DNA of 61,721 bases, counting the filler. It is 4 parts of 4 records of this genome, joined end to end, with 100 filler letters (N's around TTAATTAATTAA, not from the genome) between each part and the next. Parts side by side here need not be neighbours in the genome. Positions count along the whole stretch, not along the records: positions 23,811 to 47,188 come from DRR723986_11975; 3 more parts are not named here. One strand, 5' to 3'. Below, piece by piece: positions 29,014 to 39,357 of the stretch. A program made the position numbers and the translations under genes. Numbering within the stretch: the stretch's first letter is position 1; every line of letters begins with the position of its first letter. Below the pieces are notes generated by a model, which worked only from the letters and a program-made list of their open reading frames with translations, did no database searches and had not been told where the DNA came from.

Positions 29014-29820
29014 AGCTCGAAATCACAACTAGAGATACGGGGCCAAAATGTCATACAAGAGTTCAGTCAAGCAGTTGAAGATATACAATTTACTGGCAAG
29101 ATCAAGAGTACATCGACTTGTTTTAGGTGCACTTTCCCATCGAATTCGATGGATTTACGATTGAGTTTGAATCAAACTATTCTCACTCGCTGCTCTCAAA
29201 AATACGACTTAACTCTCAATCAATTCACCTGGAATTTGTGGTCTGCCAAGTTCTTTAGGAATCAATCGGCAAATTGGATTGCATCTTGTTTTTTTGTCAT
29301 GATTGTACACAATGCTCGAGGTGCAATTAATTGAATACTATGGAAGTACCAGTTGGACTGAATGTATAGCTAACACACTGAACTACAGACGACAATTTCT
29401 TGCGGTTAAAAACTCGATGCAAAACAAGAAGCTCAAAAAGCAAGCCACCAAACGAAGTGGCAGGGGCGCTGCAATGGTTAATACGCACCAATGAATAGGG
29501 CAACAAATGGGCCAAAACTTGCGCAGACCAGAAAGAGCCTAAATACAGCGGTCACATGGAATATACGTGCCGTTACATAAAACAGCAAAGTAACCAATTC
29601 CTGATACGGTGGTATACTCCATAGATTGATTGCCGGAGGCCAGATTCTACGTGCTCGTGCATACGCTACGCTGAACTCCGGTACAAGTGCAATTAGCACC
29701 GAAACGCGCATACCCTAAATCGACCACTTCTGGTGTAAAAACGTCACCACATTGACGTTAACTGCGATGCATCGGAATTGATGTCGCGACCCTTCCTCAT
29801 GTATTTTTCTGGAGATTAAC

Positions 29821-31596
29821 ATGTTCTACAAGTCCGTTTTAAAAGTATTGGTATTGGTTGCGTTTACCATAAGCTGCCCGGCCGTCTTTGCGCAATCGTG
29901 GGTCATTGAAGAGGCTTATGGAAACGACCAGCATGACGAGGCCTTTGATTTAGTTAGTCATGCAGATGGCAGTGTGACACACATTGGCTACACAAATACG
30001 TTAACCTCAGCTGGAGTTGCTCCGCTGGTGCACATTGTACATTCAGATGCCTTTGGCAATCCGGTGTGGGAACGCGTCTACCACACGATATCCGGCTACC
30101 CAATGAATGTAGCGGTTGACGCCAATTCGACGGTGTATCAAACTCAAATGGCAATTCACGAATGTGCCGACGGTGACCTGGTCTGGACAACCGGTATAAA
30201 AGTCGCGCCAGATAAATCTGCCGACATCGTGGTAATGCGCACAACGTCACTTGGAGTTCCGCTCTGGACGGCGTGGTTTGGCAAGGCTGATCCCGGTGAT
30301 AATTATTCGACTTCAATTATTGAAACAACAGCGGGCGACATTATGATCGCCGGATACACGGATGAATTTCTCTCGACCGGCAGCGCCACCGATGCAATTG
30401 TCGCCAGCTTTAACGCAAGCGGCACACTCCTGTGGTCTATGCGCTATGATGTTAACGCAGAAGAGGAAACAGCGCGGTGCATTCGTGAAATGACGACGGG
30501 CAACTTTGTGATTGCCGGTGAAATCGTCTCGGATGTCAGCTACGATGCGCTGCAATTTGCCGTTGGCGGTACGGGCGGAGTTATCTGGGCCAATCGCTTC
30601 GGCATGGTAGATCCCAATCGTGCCGAGGGCTTTTCAAGCGTTGTGCAGAATACAAATGGCGACATCTATACTACCGGCATTGCACGTAATGCCGACGTTT
30701 TTTCGCCGCCCTTGTATGACGATCTTTGGATTGTGCGTTGCAACGCCGTGACGGGCATCCCCATGATGGGCCGCCGTTTTGATTTTGGTGGTGCCGAAGG
30801 TGGCTGGTCAATTAAACCATCGTTCATTCCTGACAACCTCGTCGTGGTTGGCGAACGCTCGCCAATATTCCCCGCTGTGGGAGGTGACGGATTTTTTATG
30901 GAAACGGACCCGAATCTGATGGGTGTTGTAAATTACCGGTTTTATGGAACTGACGAAAAAGATGAGTTGCACGCAGTCGCATTCACGCCTGGAACCGGAG
31001 GACTCCCGGCAGATGTAGGTGGATATTGGTGCGTTGGCAGCACAAACGCTCCCGGCGGCGATGTTGGCAACAATGACCACTATTTGATTCGCACTAATTT
31101 TGCCGGCAGCACCCTCTGCGCCGAGCTCGACGACCTGGAGATTAACAATTTCATTCCATTTGCCGCAGTTCCGATGATACCGGAAGTCTTTACGACCAGT
31201 GAGCTGCATGATGTCGTTTCAGTCAACCATTTCTCGCACAAGCCGCACTGCCCCGGGACTTTTGTCCCACCATTTATGAAAAGTGGCAATAGCGCGCCGA
31301 ACAGCGCAACAGCACAATATGAGCTCGGAGCTCTTTTTGACGGCGTTGATATCTTACCACAGCCGGTCCACGTGGGCGCGCGCGTGAATGTGAGTGTTAA
31401 GCTGCTGCGCGGCGCCGTCGTGGATATTACGGTCAATGACTTGCAGGGCCGCCAGGTATTTGCTCAGCGCGTGTCTGCCGCCAAAGGCGAGAATATGATT
31501 GAATTGGATCCGGCATTGCTTGCCGGCGGAGTTTATGTACTACACATGAGCGCGCAGGGGCAATCGGTCTCAACGCCACTGATGTTAATTGAGTAG
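29821..31596 (+). CDS. T9SS type A CTD cargo protein (beta-propeller-like)
   Basis: Signal peptide; repeated G..LW / (Y/F)G...D units; C-terminal PQP..DLQGRQV..LAGGVYVL. Confidence 0.8.
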   Translation: MFYKSVLKVLVLVAFTISCPAVFAQSWVIEEAYGNDQHDEAFDLVSHADGSVTHIGYTNTLTSAGVAPLVHIVHSDAFGNPVWERVYHTISGYPMNVAVDANSTVYQTQMAIHECADGDLVWTTGIKVAPDKSADIVVMRTTSLGVPLWTAWFGKADPGDNYSTSIIETTAGDIMIAGYTDEFLSTGSATDAIVASFNASGTLLWSMRYDVNAEEETARCIREMTTGNFVIAGEIVSDVSYDALQFAVGGTGGVIWANRFGMVDPNRAEGFSSVVQNTNGDIYTTGIARNADVFSPPLYDDLWIVRCNAVTGIPMMGRRFDFGGAEGGWSIKPSFIPDNLVVVGERSPIFPAVGGDGFFMETDPNLMGVVNYRFYGTDEKDELHAVAFTPGTGGLPADVGGYWCVGSTNAPGGDVGNNDHYLIRTNFAGSTLCAELDDLEINNFIPFAAVPMIPEVFTTSELHDVVSVNHFSHKPHCPGTFVPPFMKSGNSAPNSATAQYELGALFDGVDILPQPVHVGARVNVSVKLLRGAVVDITVNDLQGRQVFAQRVSAAKGENMIELDPALLAGGVYVLHMSAQGQSVSTPLMLIE

Positions 31597-31770
31597 ACTT
31601 CTGCCAAAGGCAGATTGTAGCGGGCAGCAGTCCGTTTAACATTTCACAAAAGGCTGAGCGTGCTTACACGTACTTGGGTTGATACAAATCAACAAGGTAG
31701 AGCTGTAAGGATGTTTCGGCCTTTTGTACTAGCGTATTGCGGTTCGATGCCGGCCTGCTTCCCTACAATT

Positions 31771-32223
31771 CTAACTCTTAGCCTCGGCTACTTTTTTGAT
31801 GTCTTCCAGATCCTGCTGCAGTGCCTTTTGCGTGGCTCCCTTAAACATCCAGCCCATCAGGAACATCATCAATTTGGATCCGAAGGTTTGGGATTCTCCG
31901 TTAAAGCGCATGCTTAGCCGGCAGCCACCATTTTGCTCTGCAAGCGCGATAGTTGATTTGTAAATTGCTCCGTGGCTCTCGGCACGCGTATTGTAGTATT
32001 CGTTCTCGGTGGCTTCGGTGATCCACATGACCTCGGTAGCTGTTTTGCCGAACATAGTTCGCGTCTCGCGCCATTTGAGTCCCACAAAACTGTCGGCGGG
32101 CCGCTCGAGAATTTCAATCTCTTCGATGGCGCTGATTGTTTCCACGGCATTTTCGATGTCGGTCACGATCTTCCAGACTGTCTCTCTGGGGGCCTGAATA
32201 GATACCTGTACTTCGAGATGCAT
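31771..32223 (-). CDS. SRPBCC (polyketide cyclase/START) family protein
   Basis: I.AP.E.VW..VTD, WRETRTMFGK.ATE.M, DL.DIK..AE. Confidence 0.85.
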   Translation of the reverse strand: MHLEVQVSIQAPRETVWKIVTDIENAVETISAIEEIEILERPADSFVGLKWRETRTMFGKTATEVMWITEATENEYYNTRAESHGAIYKSTIALAEQNGGCRLSMRFNGESQTFGSKLMMFLMGWMFKGATQKALQQDLEDIKKVAEAKS

Positions 32224-32307
32224 TTTGGCGTTCCTATTTGGAGTACAAATGTAAAACCTGTCTAAACTATGAAAAGCGCAGGCAAAACCGAAGTGGAGGG
32301 ATGATAA

Positions 32308-34662
32308 TCAACGAAATACGGGCAGAGTTCGCGTAAAAGTTTGATGCCCGGATTCGACCACAAGCAGGTACTGACCGGCGGCCTGATCACGCATGTCAAT
32401 CTGCGCGCGCGACGCTGCTTGTACTGCAAGATGTTTAATTTCTGCTCCTAACATCGAGACCACCCGAAGCCTTGCCGGATGCTTGTGCAGATTCTCAAAT
32501 TCAAAAAGACTTTGACTGTGAGAGTGCAATCTAAAACTGTCTTTGGGCGTACTTGCGGCAACATCTGTGACTGACGCAGTAATCGTATTAACAGCAGTGT
32601 TGGTGATAATCGGTTTGTTAAAGTCAAAGAATATACCCGCTCTGTTTGTGATTGTAGTGCCGGGCTCCAAGCCTTTAGACAGCTTCACGCTGAATTTCAG
32701 GTTGCCATGACTTTCCGGTTCATTCTCCTCTTTTCCGGGAAGCATGATGTCTTCAAATCGAAATTCCAGGACCTTTCCGTCCGGAGTATGGCCGTCCAGA
32801 ACACTAACGGCATAGTCATGTGAAGCTGCGCCAAATTGCACTGTCGTTAGATCGAATTCCGGCCCCAGTGTGTCGCGAATTACGACATCATACGCAGGTG
32901 CATTGCCGACGTTTTGAAAGCGGATTGAATACTGCAGTGTTAAATCCTCTTCGTAAGCCAATTCGCCCAACTCGCCGATCCCTGCTGGAGAAACGGAAAT
33001 GTCGTTGGGATCATACGGTCCACTGATCTCCTGACATTCGCGATCATGTGCAGATTTGTTAAGTTCATCTGCCCCACGCTTGTGAGCTAAAAACACCTCT
33101 GCACAGAGCCTTTGGCCACGCAGTATCTCTTTGGGAGGAACACGCAGGGTGACATTTATCCGACTTCGCGCACCAACCGGAAAATCGTTCAAGTCCCAAA
33201 TTGCGGTCGATTCGCTGTTGAAGTCACTTGCGGGAAGGGCATGGAAATCGAGTAAACGCGAATCATACTCCAATTTAATACTACCGCTAAACGGCAGTGT
33301 TCCGACGTTACGGAAATCAATGGTATATCTAATTGTTCTGCCAACCACTGGTCTTGATCCGAGCAGACTCACCTCAATTTTTTCAATCTGACTGTTCGGT
33401 TCGAGCAGGAAGTTAACATCTGTAATCGCACTGGAATCGACGTTCAAGACCTTGTAATTTGAAGCGCAATTATTATACCACAGCCCTCCGGAAACCGGCT
33501 CCAATTCCATCGTGCCGGCTTCAGCATAAATGAAAAACTGTCCCTGCATATTTGGGTAAAATAGTCTATTGCCTGGAATGTTTCGAACCGGGTGAACGCT
33601 GAGCGGATGTTCTTCAGGATCAATTTGGCAATTGGCATCGATATCAGCCACAACCTTGCCGCTGACCTTCACCAAAGCAGGTGCATTAACGAGGGACACA
33701 TAGTTCTCAAAGATTGTGCTGCCACAACAGCATCCCCTTTTTAGCTCATAAACCTGATTGCCTTCGACGTCGTAAAGAATAGACCCCCACGGAAATCGCT
33801 TGGTGTGTGGGTCAACACAATAGATTGGGAAAAAGTTAAAGGTCGAAGGCATAAAGTCAGACAGCACCTTAAAGTCATTTCTGATTGGATCATACTGTAC
33901 CAAACGCTGCCCACCGCCACTTGTTTGAATGCCAATACTTGTATCACTTGTTCCAACAAATGTGCCGGACTCTGGATCCAGATCCGGCGAACCCATGTAA
34001 ACAGCAGGTTTAACTTTTGAAACGACGGCTCCAGTGTAGATGTCAAGGCCGACCTGATTGTCCTCCCAGTCATAAAAGTAGTAGATGCCGTTAATGTAAT
34101 CGAGCATTCCCATCTGGCGTTGGCCTTCAGATGCCCGTTCAATCTCCGTCGGAATATAATTTATGGTCCCCTTTACGACATCAAGGACAACTAGTCGAAC
34201 GTTTTCCGTCTGATCTTGAGGGTCCACAAAATCCCAGGCATCGACTGCATAGGCCAGGCCGTCAAAAGGATTAAATTTTACCGCACGAAAGTAGCTATCG
34301 GCAATTTTATCGGAAATTCGGACGATTTCACCTGTCTTCAGATCGACCGACATGACCCTGAAGTCGCCCCTATAGGTCACAATTGTACAAAACCAATTTT
34401 TGCGAGTATCGATCCAGCTGTTGCGGCCAAATGCCCAGTGCCTGTCAGGTTCCTCCCAATGGGGAGTCAATGACTGATAATCTTTAGAACTCTGCTCCCC
34501 ACTCTTCAAATTTATCTGACTCAGCTTAATGCGAGAACCACTTTTGCAAAGATTGTATGCCATTCCTGCCTCAAGGGCCAAGGCATCAGCGTTAAGGAAT
34601 AATGCCAATGTCAGAACCAGAACTGAAAGGCTGCATGTACGAACAAGATTAGTGGGCATCAT
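32308..34662 (-). CDS. T9SS cargo protein with DUF11/DUF7619-like domains
   Basis: GPYDPND, YSIRFQNVG.APA.DVVIRDTL, AGIFFDFNKPIITN; C-terminal CTD-like end. Confidence 0.82.
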   Translation of the reverse strand: MMPTNLVRTCSLSVLVLTLALFLNADALALEAGMAYNLCKSGSRIKLSQINLKSGEQSSKDYQSLTPHWEEPDRHWAFGRNSWIDTRKNWFCTIVTYRGDFRVMSVDLKTGEIVRISDKIADSYFRAVKFNPFDGLAYAVDAWDFVDPQDQTENVRLVVLDVVKGTINYIPTEIERASEGQRQMGMLDYINGIYYFYDWEDNQVGLDIYTGAVVSKVKPAVYMGSPDLDPESGTFVGTSDTSIGIQTSGGGQRLVQYDPIRNDFKVLSDFMPSTFNFFPIYCVDPHTKRFPWGSILYDVEGNQVYELKRGCCCGSTIFENYVSLVNAPALVKVSGKVVADIDANCQIDPEEHPLSVHPVRNIPGNRLFYPNMQGQFFIYAEAGTMELEPVSGGLWYNNCASNYKVLNVDSSAITDVNFLLEPNSQIEKIEVSLLGSRPVVGRTIRYTIDFRNVGTLPFSGSIKLEYDSRLLDFHALPASDFNSESTAIWDLNDFPVGARSRINVTLRVPPKEILRGQRLCAEVFLAHKRGADELNKSAHDRECQEISGPYDPNDISVSPAGIGELGELAYEEDLTLQYSIRFQNVGNAPAYDVVIRDTLGPEFDLTTVQFGAASHDYAVSVLDGHTPDGKVLEFRFEDIMLPGKEENEPESHGNLKFSVKLSKGLEPGTTITNRAGIFFDFNKPIITNTAVNTITASVTDVAASTPKDSFRLHSHSQSLFEFENLHKHPARLRVVSMLGAEIKHLAVQAASRAQIDMRDQAAGQYLLVVESGHQTFTRTLPVFR

Positions 34663-34826
34663 TGATACAAATCACAAAAATATGGAATGGCGCAGTACAA
34701 TCGAACACTTGCGCTACAAGCCGCTAAATCAATGTAAAGTAATCAACCGGCTGCTTCGCATGCTTCAACGGACAGAACAAATTTATTGTGGCTGCGTTAC
34801 AACATAAAATCTTAGGAGATACACGA

Positions 34827-34995
34827 AATAGCCTTGACTCTGAGTTCAAGGCTATTGATGCCTGGTCCATTATCTACATTAAGACCTCAGGAAGGATCTC
34901 TCCCTGGTAGCCTAAGTCCGGGTTTCAGATAGATTAAATCAGGACTGAAGCCGAAGTACCTCCCAGCACATGCCCCAGATAGCCTCCCCTAGCAG
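34827..34995 (-). ncRNA. Candidate structured ncRNA or leader (6S-like rod) ending in a terminator hairpin
   Basis: Nested stems GGCTAT/ATAGCC, GCTTCAGTCC/GGACTTAGGC, CAGGGAG/CTTCCTG; 11-bp hairpin at 34827-34856. Confidence 0.4.
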
Positions 34996-35138
34996 TCACA
35001 ATATTATGCCTGCTTTTTTACCTTTGCTTTTTCAACCTGTCGGTGTAAGTTGCCATCCCCTTTTGGCACTACGCATATCGATATTTTTCTACTTCCCACT
35101 AGCTTCCAGCTGGGTGACCAAACGGAAGGAGTCGCTTT

Positions 35139-38108
35139 ATGAGACATCGAATCACACATATACAGAAGCCAAATCTCTGCCTCTTGACGGCGCTAATCAT
35201 TCTTTTTGCAGCATTTGTGCCAGATATCTCGGCGCAGCAGCCGCTACAAGTCTTGCTGGAAGACAACCCGCGAATTCGCGTATCCTCGCTCATTAGCGCC
35301 GTGTCGAGCAATGAATACTGTTACATTGCCGGGGAATCAACAGCTGAGTGTTATTACGGCGGATACATTGCATGCATGGATAAAGACGGCAATGAAATCT
35401 GGAATTCAATTAAGACCGAAGATCGCGAGCTGGTTGGTAGAGCCAGCCTATTAAAAGTTATCGACAATGAATTGTACGCAGTGGTTTCTGAGGCACAAGC
35501 GGTAAAGCCATGGGAAGTTCCGTTATTTCAATTTTATGCCCTAAAGTTGAATCCGCTGACCGGTGCGATTGTTTGGAGGGTTCCGCTGCCGCTGGAAGTC
35601 ACAAGCAGTTTAACCCTTAACAACGCAGAACTCTCTGATATTTTGGAATTCCGTGACGATAAGATCGCAATTCTGAGTGGCGCAACAAACGGGGGTGCAG
35701 CAAAATATGGATCGACTTTTCTGATTGATAAAGCTGACGGGACAGTACTTCGAAAAATTGACCATGAGCTAGTTACAAACCGGCCTCTAAAAAGCATCCT
35801 TATTAACGCGGCCGGTGAGATGTTTTTTGTTAACGATCGGATGCTTGCAAAAGTCTCCGATCCGCTGGCCGATCAGCTGGTTGTTGACTGGGACGTAGAG
35901 ATTGGCAATATTCCAGACAGTCATAGGTTCCTGGAATCATTCCTTGGAGAAAACAATCAACTTTATGTACCAGTGGAAGATTCGTCCAGAAACTACGGTC
36001 GTATTCAGATTTTTAACACAGTATCCGGTGCAATACTTCAGCCAATTCTTCTGGATACCCCACCTCGTATGCCAGTTGATATTCTATCTGTTGATTGGCC
36101 GCATATTTTTTATAATAGTGCGCTTCCCTCTGAGAGTGATCCAACAGTAGATGCCACTCATCTTGTTAAACATAACCTGGCAGAAAACCGTATAGTCTGG
36201 ACACAAGAGGTATGGGATTTGTTGGGAACGCCTCGTAAAGTCACGGAGACTACCCAGGGGGATGTTGGTGTCCTAACCTACAATTATGACCGCAAAACTC
36301 TTGGTTATTCTCTCTACTATGGTGAATCTGGCACCCCAATTATTCAAGCCATATTGGATGACAAAATCGACGAAGAATCAAGCCTGCGTGGACTTAGCTT
36401 TCTTACGAACGTTGCCGACAGCCAGCGGCTCGTCATTTCACAACTATATTTTAATAAATATGTCGACGAGGAATTTGAATACCAGCACACACAAATGTAC
36501 TCGCTGGGACGGTACCATGCTGATATTAAACCTGTCGGCCGGATAGAAGGTGTCACGCGTTTCCCATCCTATGTGCATAGCACTTTATCCGTCGAAAATG
36601 GAAACTCCCTGCAACTACGCCAGGTTGGAACAGAAACAGTCCTGGCTTTTCTGGATGAGGACAATAATGTTGTCTGGACCAGGACTCCTCGCAGCGATCA
36701 TGATTACTTTGCCGCCAGAGGTATCGCGGTAAATCAGGATGGTTTGATCGCGATTGCCTCAGAGTATTTTCGTTTGTTTGAGACCAGGAACCGTCCAGCC
36801 GCCTTCGGCTGGCCCGGTTTAAAACCTGGCAATGTCTGGACGACGGCAATCCTGGTTGACATTTATGATGTATCAGGCCAATTGCAACGCACTTTAACGT
36901 TTAATGGTGAGTCCCACAAACCTGTACGCTTTGATGGTCTGGCCGCGTCCGGGTCTGACTTTGTTGCGCTGATCGAATTGGATGATTCTTTCAGACAATC
37001 GGACAACCGGACACAAATACACATTTTTAACCAAACAGACCTCGTAAGCCTGGACACATATCCAAAGTTTCAAAGTTGGTCAGACAACAGAAATATTGCG
37101 CTGCTCAGTGGCGCCGGTGGTAACTACTTGATCGGTCGTACAAATGCGTTTGGCACTCCGCCGGGACTAAAGAAAATTAATGCCACAGGCTGGGAAAGCA
37201 GTGACTTTCTTAAGGTTTGGCCCCGATACGACTTCGTCTGGGAGGTAGGCACTTTTGAAAATACGGCATTGCTAAAAGCGACTGTTAAAGAGCCGGACAA
37301 TGGCAAAGACAATCAGATTGAACTCTTTGCAATTGACCTGGACACAGGCCAGATTCAGTGGCAGGTTGAGGTTCCATTTACCGAACACCTGATCAAAGCC
37401 AAACGCGATCAGCAAGGCCGAATCTATACCTTCGGTTATCAGTACAACAATGCAGATTCAACGGACGCTTCGCTGGTCGTGACGAAGCTGGGACCGGCGA
37501 ACAACACGATTGAGTGGACAGCCACAAGCGACTGGAACGGAATGCAGAGTTTTGCGGATCTGGACTTCACATTTAACGATGGTGAGTTACTCGCGGTCGG
37601 AACAATTACGGCAGATCCAGGTGCCGGAAATCCGCTCAGTTTTGTCTTGCGTTATGATGCAAATGGCAACGAACTTTTCCGCTCACTGCGCCCCAACAGC
37701 CGTACACGCAGCATCAGCAGCCAATCGCCCGGCAGACATCTGGTACACCTGGAAGAACAATTGGACGGCGACTGTTTTGTGAGTGGCACCAGCTACCTGA
37801 TTGAAACCGATCGATTTACGCATCTGGCTGAGAAACCCGCAGCCGCAGAGAGCTCAGTTAACATCTATCCAAACCCAGCCGATAATGAGCTGTTTGTTGA
37901 ATTCTCCGCAGCGGACAAGCTTGCATATACAATTGTCGTGCGCGACGTTCTGGGACGCGAAGTATATCAAACGGCAAATAGGGCCGTGGGTGCTGAACAA
38001 GGCTTACGTATAAATGTCTCAGGCCTCAATCGCGGAGTCTACAGTCTTGAAGTCATTCATCCGGCCGCTAAGTCCAGAGTCCACACGCAAATGTTCGTGC
38101 TTGAGTAA
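35139..38108 (+). CDS. Large T9SS type A CTD cargo protein with PQQ-like propeller repeats
   Basis: AAGGAG RBS; signal peptide; repeated D..TG.I.W; IYPNPA..DVLGREV..LNRGVY. Confidence 0.85.
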   Translation: MRHRITHIQKPNLCLLTALIILFAAFVPDISAQQPLQVLLEDNPRIRVSSLISAVSSNEYCYIAGESTAECYYGGYIACMDKDGNEIWNSIKTEDRELVGRASLLKVIDNELYAVVSEAQAVKPWEVPLFQFYALKLNPLTGAIVWRVPLPLEVTSSLTLNNAELSDILEFRDDKIAILSGATNGGAAKYGSTFLIDKADGTVLRKIDHELVTNRPLKSILINAAGEMFFVNDRMLAKVSDPLADQLVVDWDVEIGNIPDSHRFLESFLGENNQLYVPVEDSSRNYGRIQIFNTVSGAILQPILLDTPPRMPVDILSVDWPHIFYNSALPSESDPTVDATHLVKHNLAENRIVWTQEVWDLLGTPRKVTETTQGDVGVLTYNYDRKTLGYSLYYGESGTPIIQAILDDKIDEESSLRGLSFLTNVADSQRLVISQLYFNKYVDEEFEYQHTQMYSLGRYHADIKPVGRIEGVTRFPSYVHSTLSVENGNSLQLRQVGTETVLAFLDEDNNVVWTRTPRSDHDYFAARGIAVNQDGLIAIASEYFRLFETRNRPAAFGWPGLKPGNVWTTAILVDIYDVSGQLQRTLTFNGESHKPVRFDGLAASGSDFVALIELDDSFRQSDNRTQIHIFNQTDLVSLDTYPKFQSWSDNRNIALLSGAGGNYLIGRTNAFGTPPGLKKINATGWESSDFLKVWPRYDFVWEVGTFENTALLKATVKEPDNGKDNQIELFAIDLDTGQIQWQVEVPFTEHLIKAKRDQQGRIYTFGYQYNNADSTDASLVVTKLGPANNTIEWTATSDWNGMQSFADLDFTFNDGELLAVGTITADPGAGNPLSFVLRYDANGNELFRSLRPNSRTRSISSQSPGRHLVHLEEQLDGDCFVSGTSYLIETDRFTHLAEKPAAAESSVNIYPNPADNELFVEFSAADKLAYTIVVRDVLGREVYQTANRAVGAEQGLRINVSGLNRGVYSLEVIHPAAKSRVHTQMFVLE

Positions 38109-38166
38109 TCCAGGCAATTGGATGGGCGTCTTCAAAACACATCGGCCGAGCTTCTTCCAGGTCCCA

Positions 38167-39357
38167 ATGTTAACACTAATACTCACATGCCTCTGTTTGC
38201 TGCTCGTCTGCGCGCCCTGTGGTTTAGCACAAGGCGGCATACCGCAAGCACTCAATTTCTCGCGGCCACAAGTCTTTTATCCATTGGAGAATTCTGGCTC
38301 TGCAGCTGAAATGTTGTGCCGACACCAGGACGGAGAATTCTGGCTGCTGCACAGATCTGTTGAACATGATCCAGACGCGGACCAGTGTTACTTCAGGCTG
38401 GAAAACTTGTCGACCAAAACCACGCACAGACTACACTTCGACTGCGATTCACTCTTCCGGCCGTATATCGTTGAGTTTTTTGTTGAGGATGACCGCATCA
38501 TTGTGCTTGATGTTGTCAAAGTGCTGATTCTTGAGAATAATGGCCCGGGTTTGTGGAGCACACAACAAATTATTCCACTGCCGGCAACCGCGCTCCATTG
38601 TGTCAGGGAGCAAGGCATTTTGCATTTCTGGATGGACCTCTGCTCCAGCTTCAGATTGGACAACAGCTGTTTTTATTCTTTCTCGCTCAAGCTCGCCGAC
38701 CAGTCATTTTTTGACCAGCGCAGCTATCCTGCACCGCAGGGAGCGACGCGCATGTTTGGAAGCCCGCGCAATGTTATCGATCGTTTTAACAACACAATTC
38801 TGAGCGGCGATGTTTCCAACTACAGACTGAAAATCATGTCTGCCGATGCTACAGTTCTTGATTCAATTATTCATCAGCCGGCGGAATGGGTTCACGCCGA
38901 CAGCGAAGTTGTTATCCAGCCGGGTGTTAAACTCCAGAGGCACTTCCCAGCTATCGATAGTTTAATCAGAAACACCAGCTCAATTCGGCGCGTGGAGTTG
39001 CTCAACAGTCAACATGCATTGATTCTGTGGGATACCCCGAACAAACGCGGAACTCTCAATAGACATGCCGACATCTGGGCCAAATCAGACGGAAAATGGA
39101 GTTTGTTAATCGAGGCACGCAACGACCAAAACACTACAGGACTCACTGCGCGGCAGTACAGCCTCAAAACCAAATCACTGCCGAACTCCTATGCCTACGA
39201 CGACGGCTTTTTTATCGAAATCATTCCAGCGCCGCCAGGCCAGGATCCCAACAAGCAGTGGAGTTCAATTGTTGAGTATCAATCAGCAAGTGACAAGTTT
39301 TATCTTGACAACCCACTACAATATGTAATTTTGGTGCGCGAGCTGGACTATGACTAA
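38167..39357 (+). CDS. Hypothetical secreted protein (possible beta-propeller)
   Basis: Signal peptide MLTLILTCLC..GLAQ; beta-rich sequence. Confidence 0.65.
   Translation: MLTLILTCLCLLLVCAPCGLAQGGIPQALNFSRPQVFYPLENSGSAAEMLCRHQDGEFWLLHRSVEHDPDADQCYFRLENLSTKTTHRLHFDCDSLFRPYIVEFFVEDDRIIVLDVVKVLILENNGPGLWSTQQIIPLPATALHCVREQGILHFWMDLCSSFRLDNSCFYSFSLKLADQSFFDQRSYPAPQGATRMFGSPRNVIDRFNNTILSGDVSNYRLKIMSADATVLDSIIHQPAEWVHADSEVVIQPGVKLQRHFPAIDSLIRNTSSIRRVELLNSQHALILWDTPNKRGTLNRHADIWAKSDGKWSLLIEARNDQNTTGLTARQYSLKTKSLPNSYAYDDGFFIEIIPAPPGQDPNKQWSSIVEYQSASDKFYLDNPLQYVILVRELDYD

Noticed and set aside
29327..29711. Short minus-strand ORFs as a membrane-protein pseudogene
   Set aside because: No recognisable family or RBS, so it cannot be supported.
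34890..34995. TPP riboswitch (CTAGGGG..CTGGGA..CCTGAT..AGGGA)
   Set aside because: It lacks the invariant CTGAGA and the TAAT/GCG.AGG arrangement, and no thiamine gene lies downstream.
35064..35080. TGGCAC as a sigma54 promoter for the 989-aa gene
   Set aside because: There is no TTGC at the required spacing.
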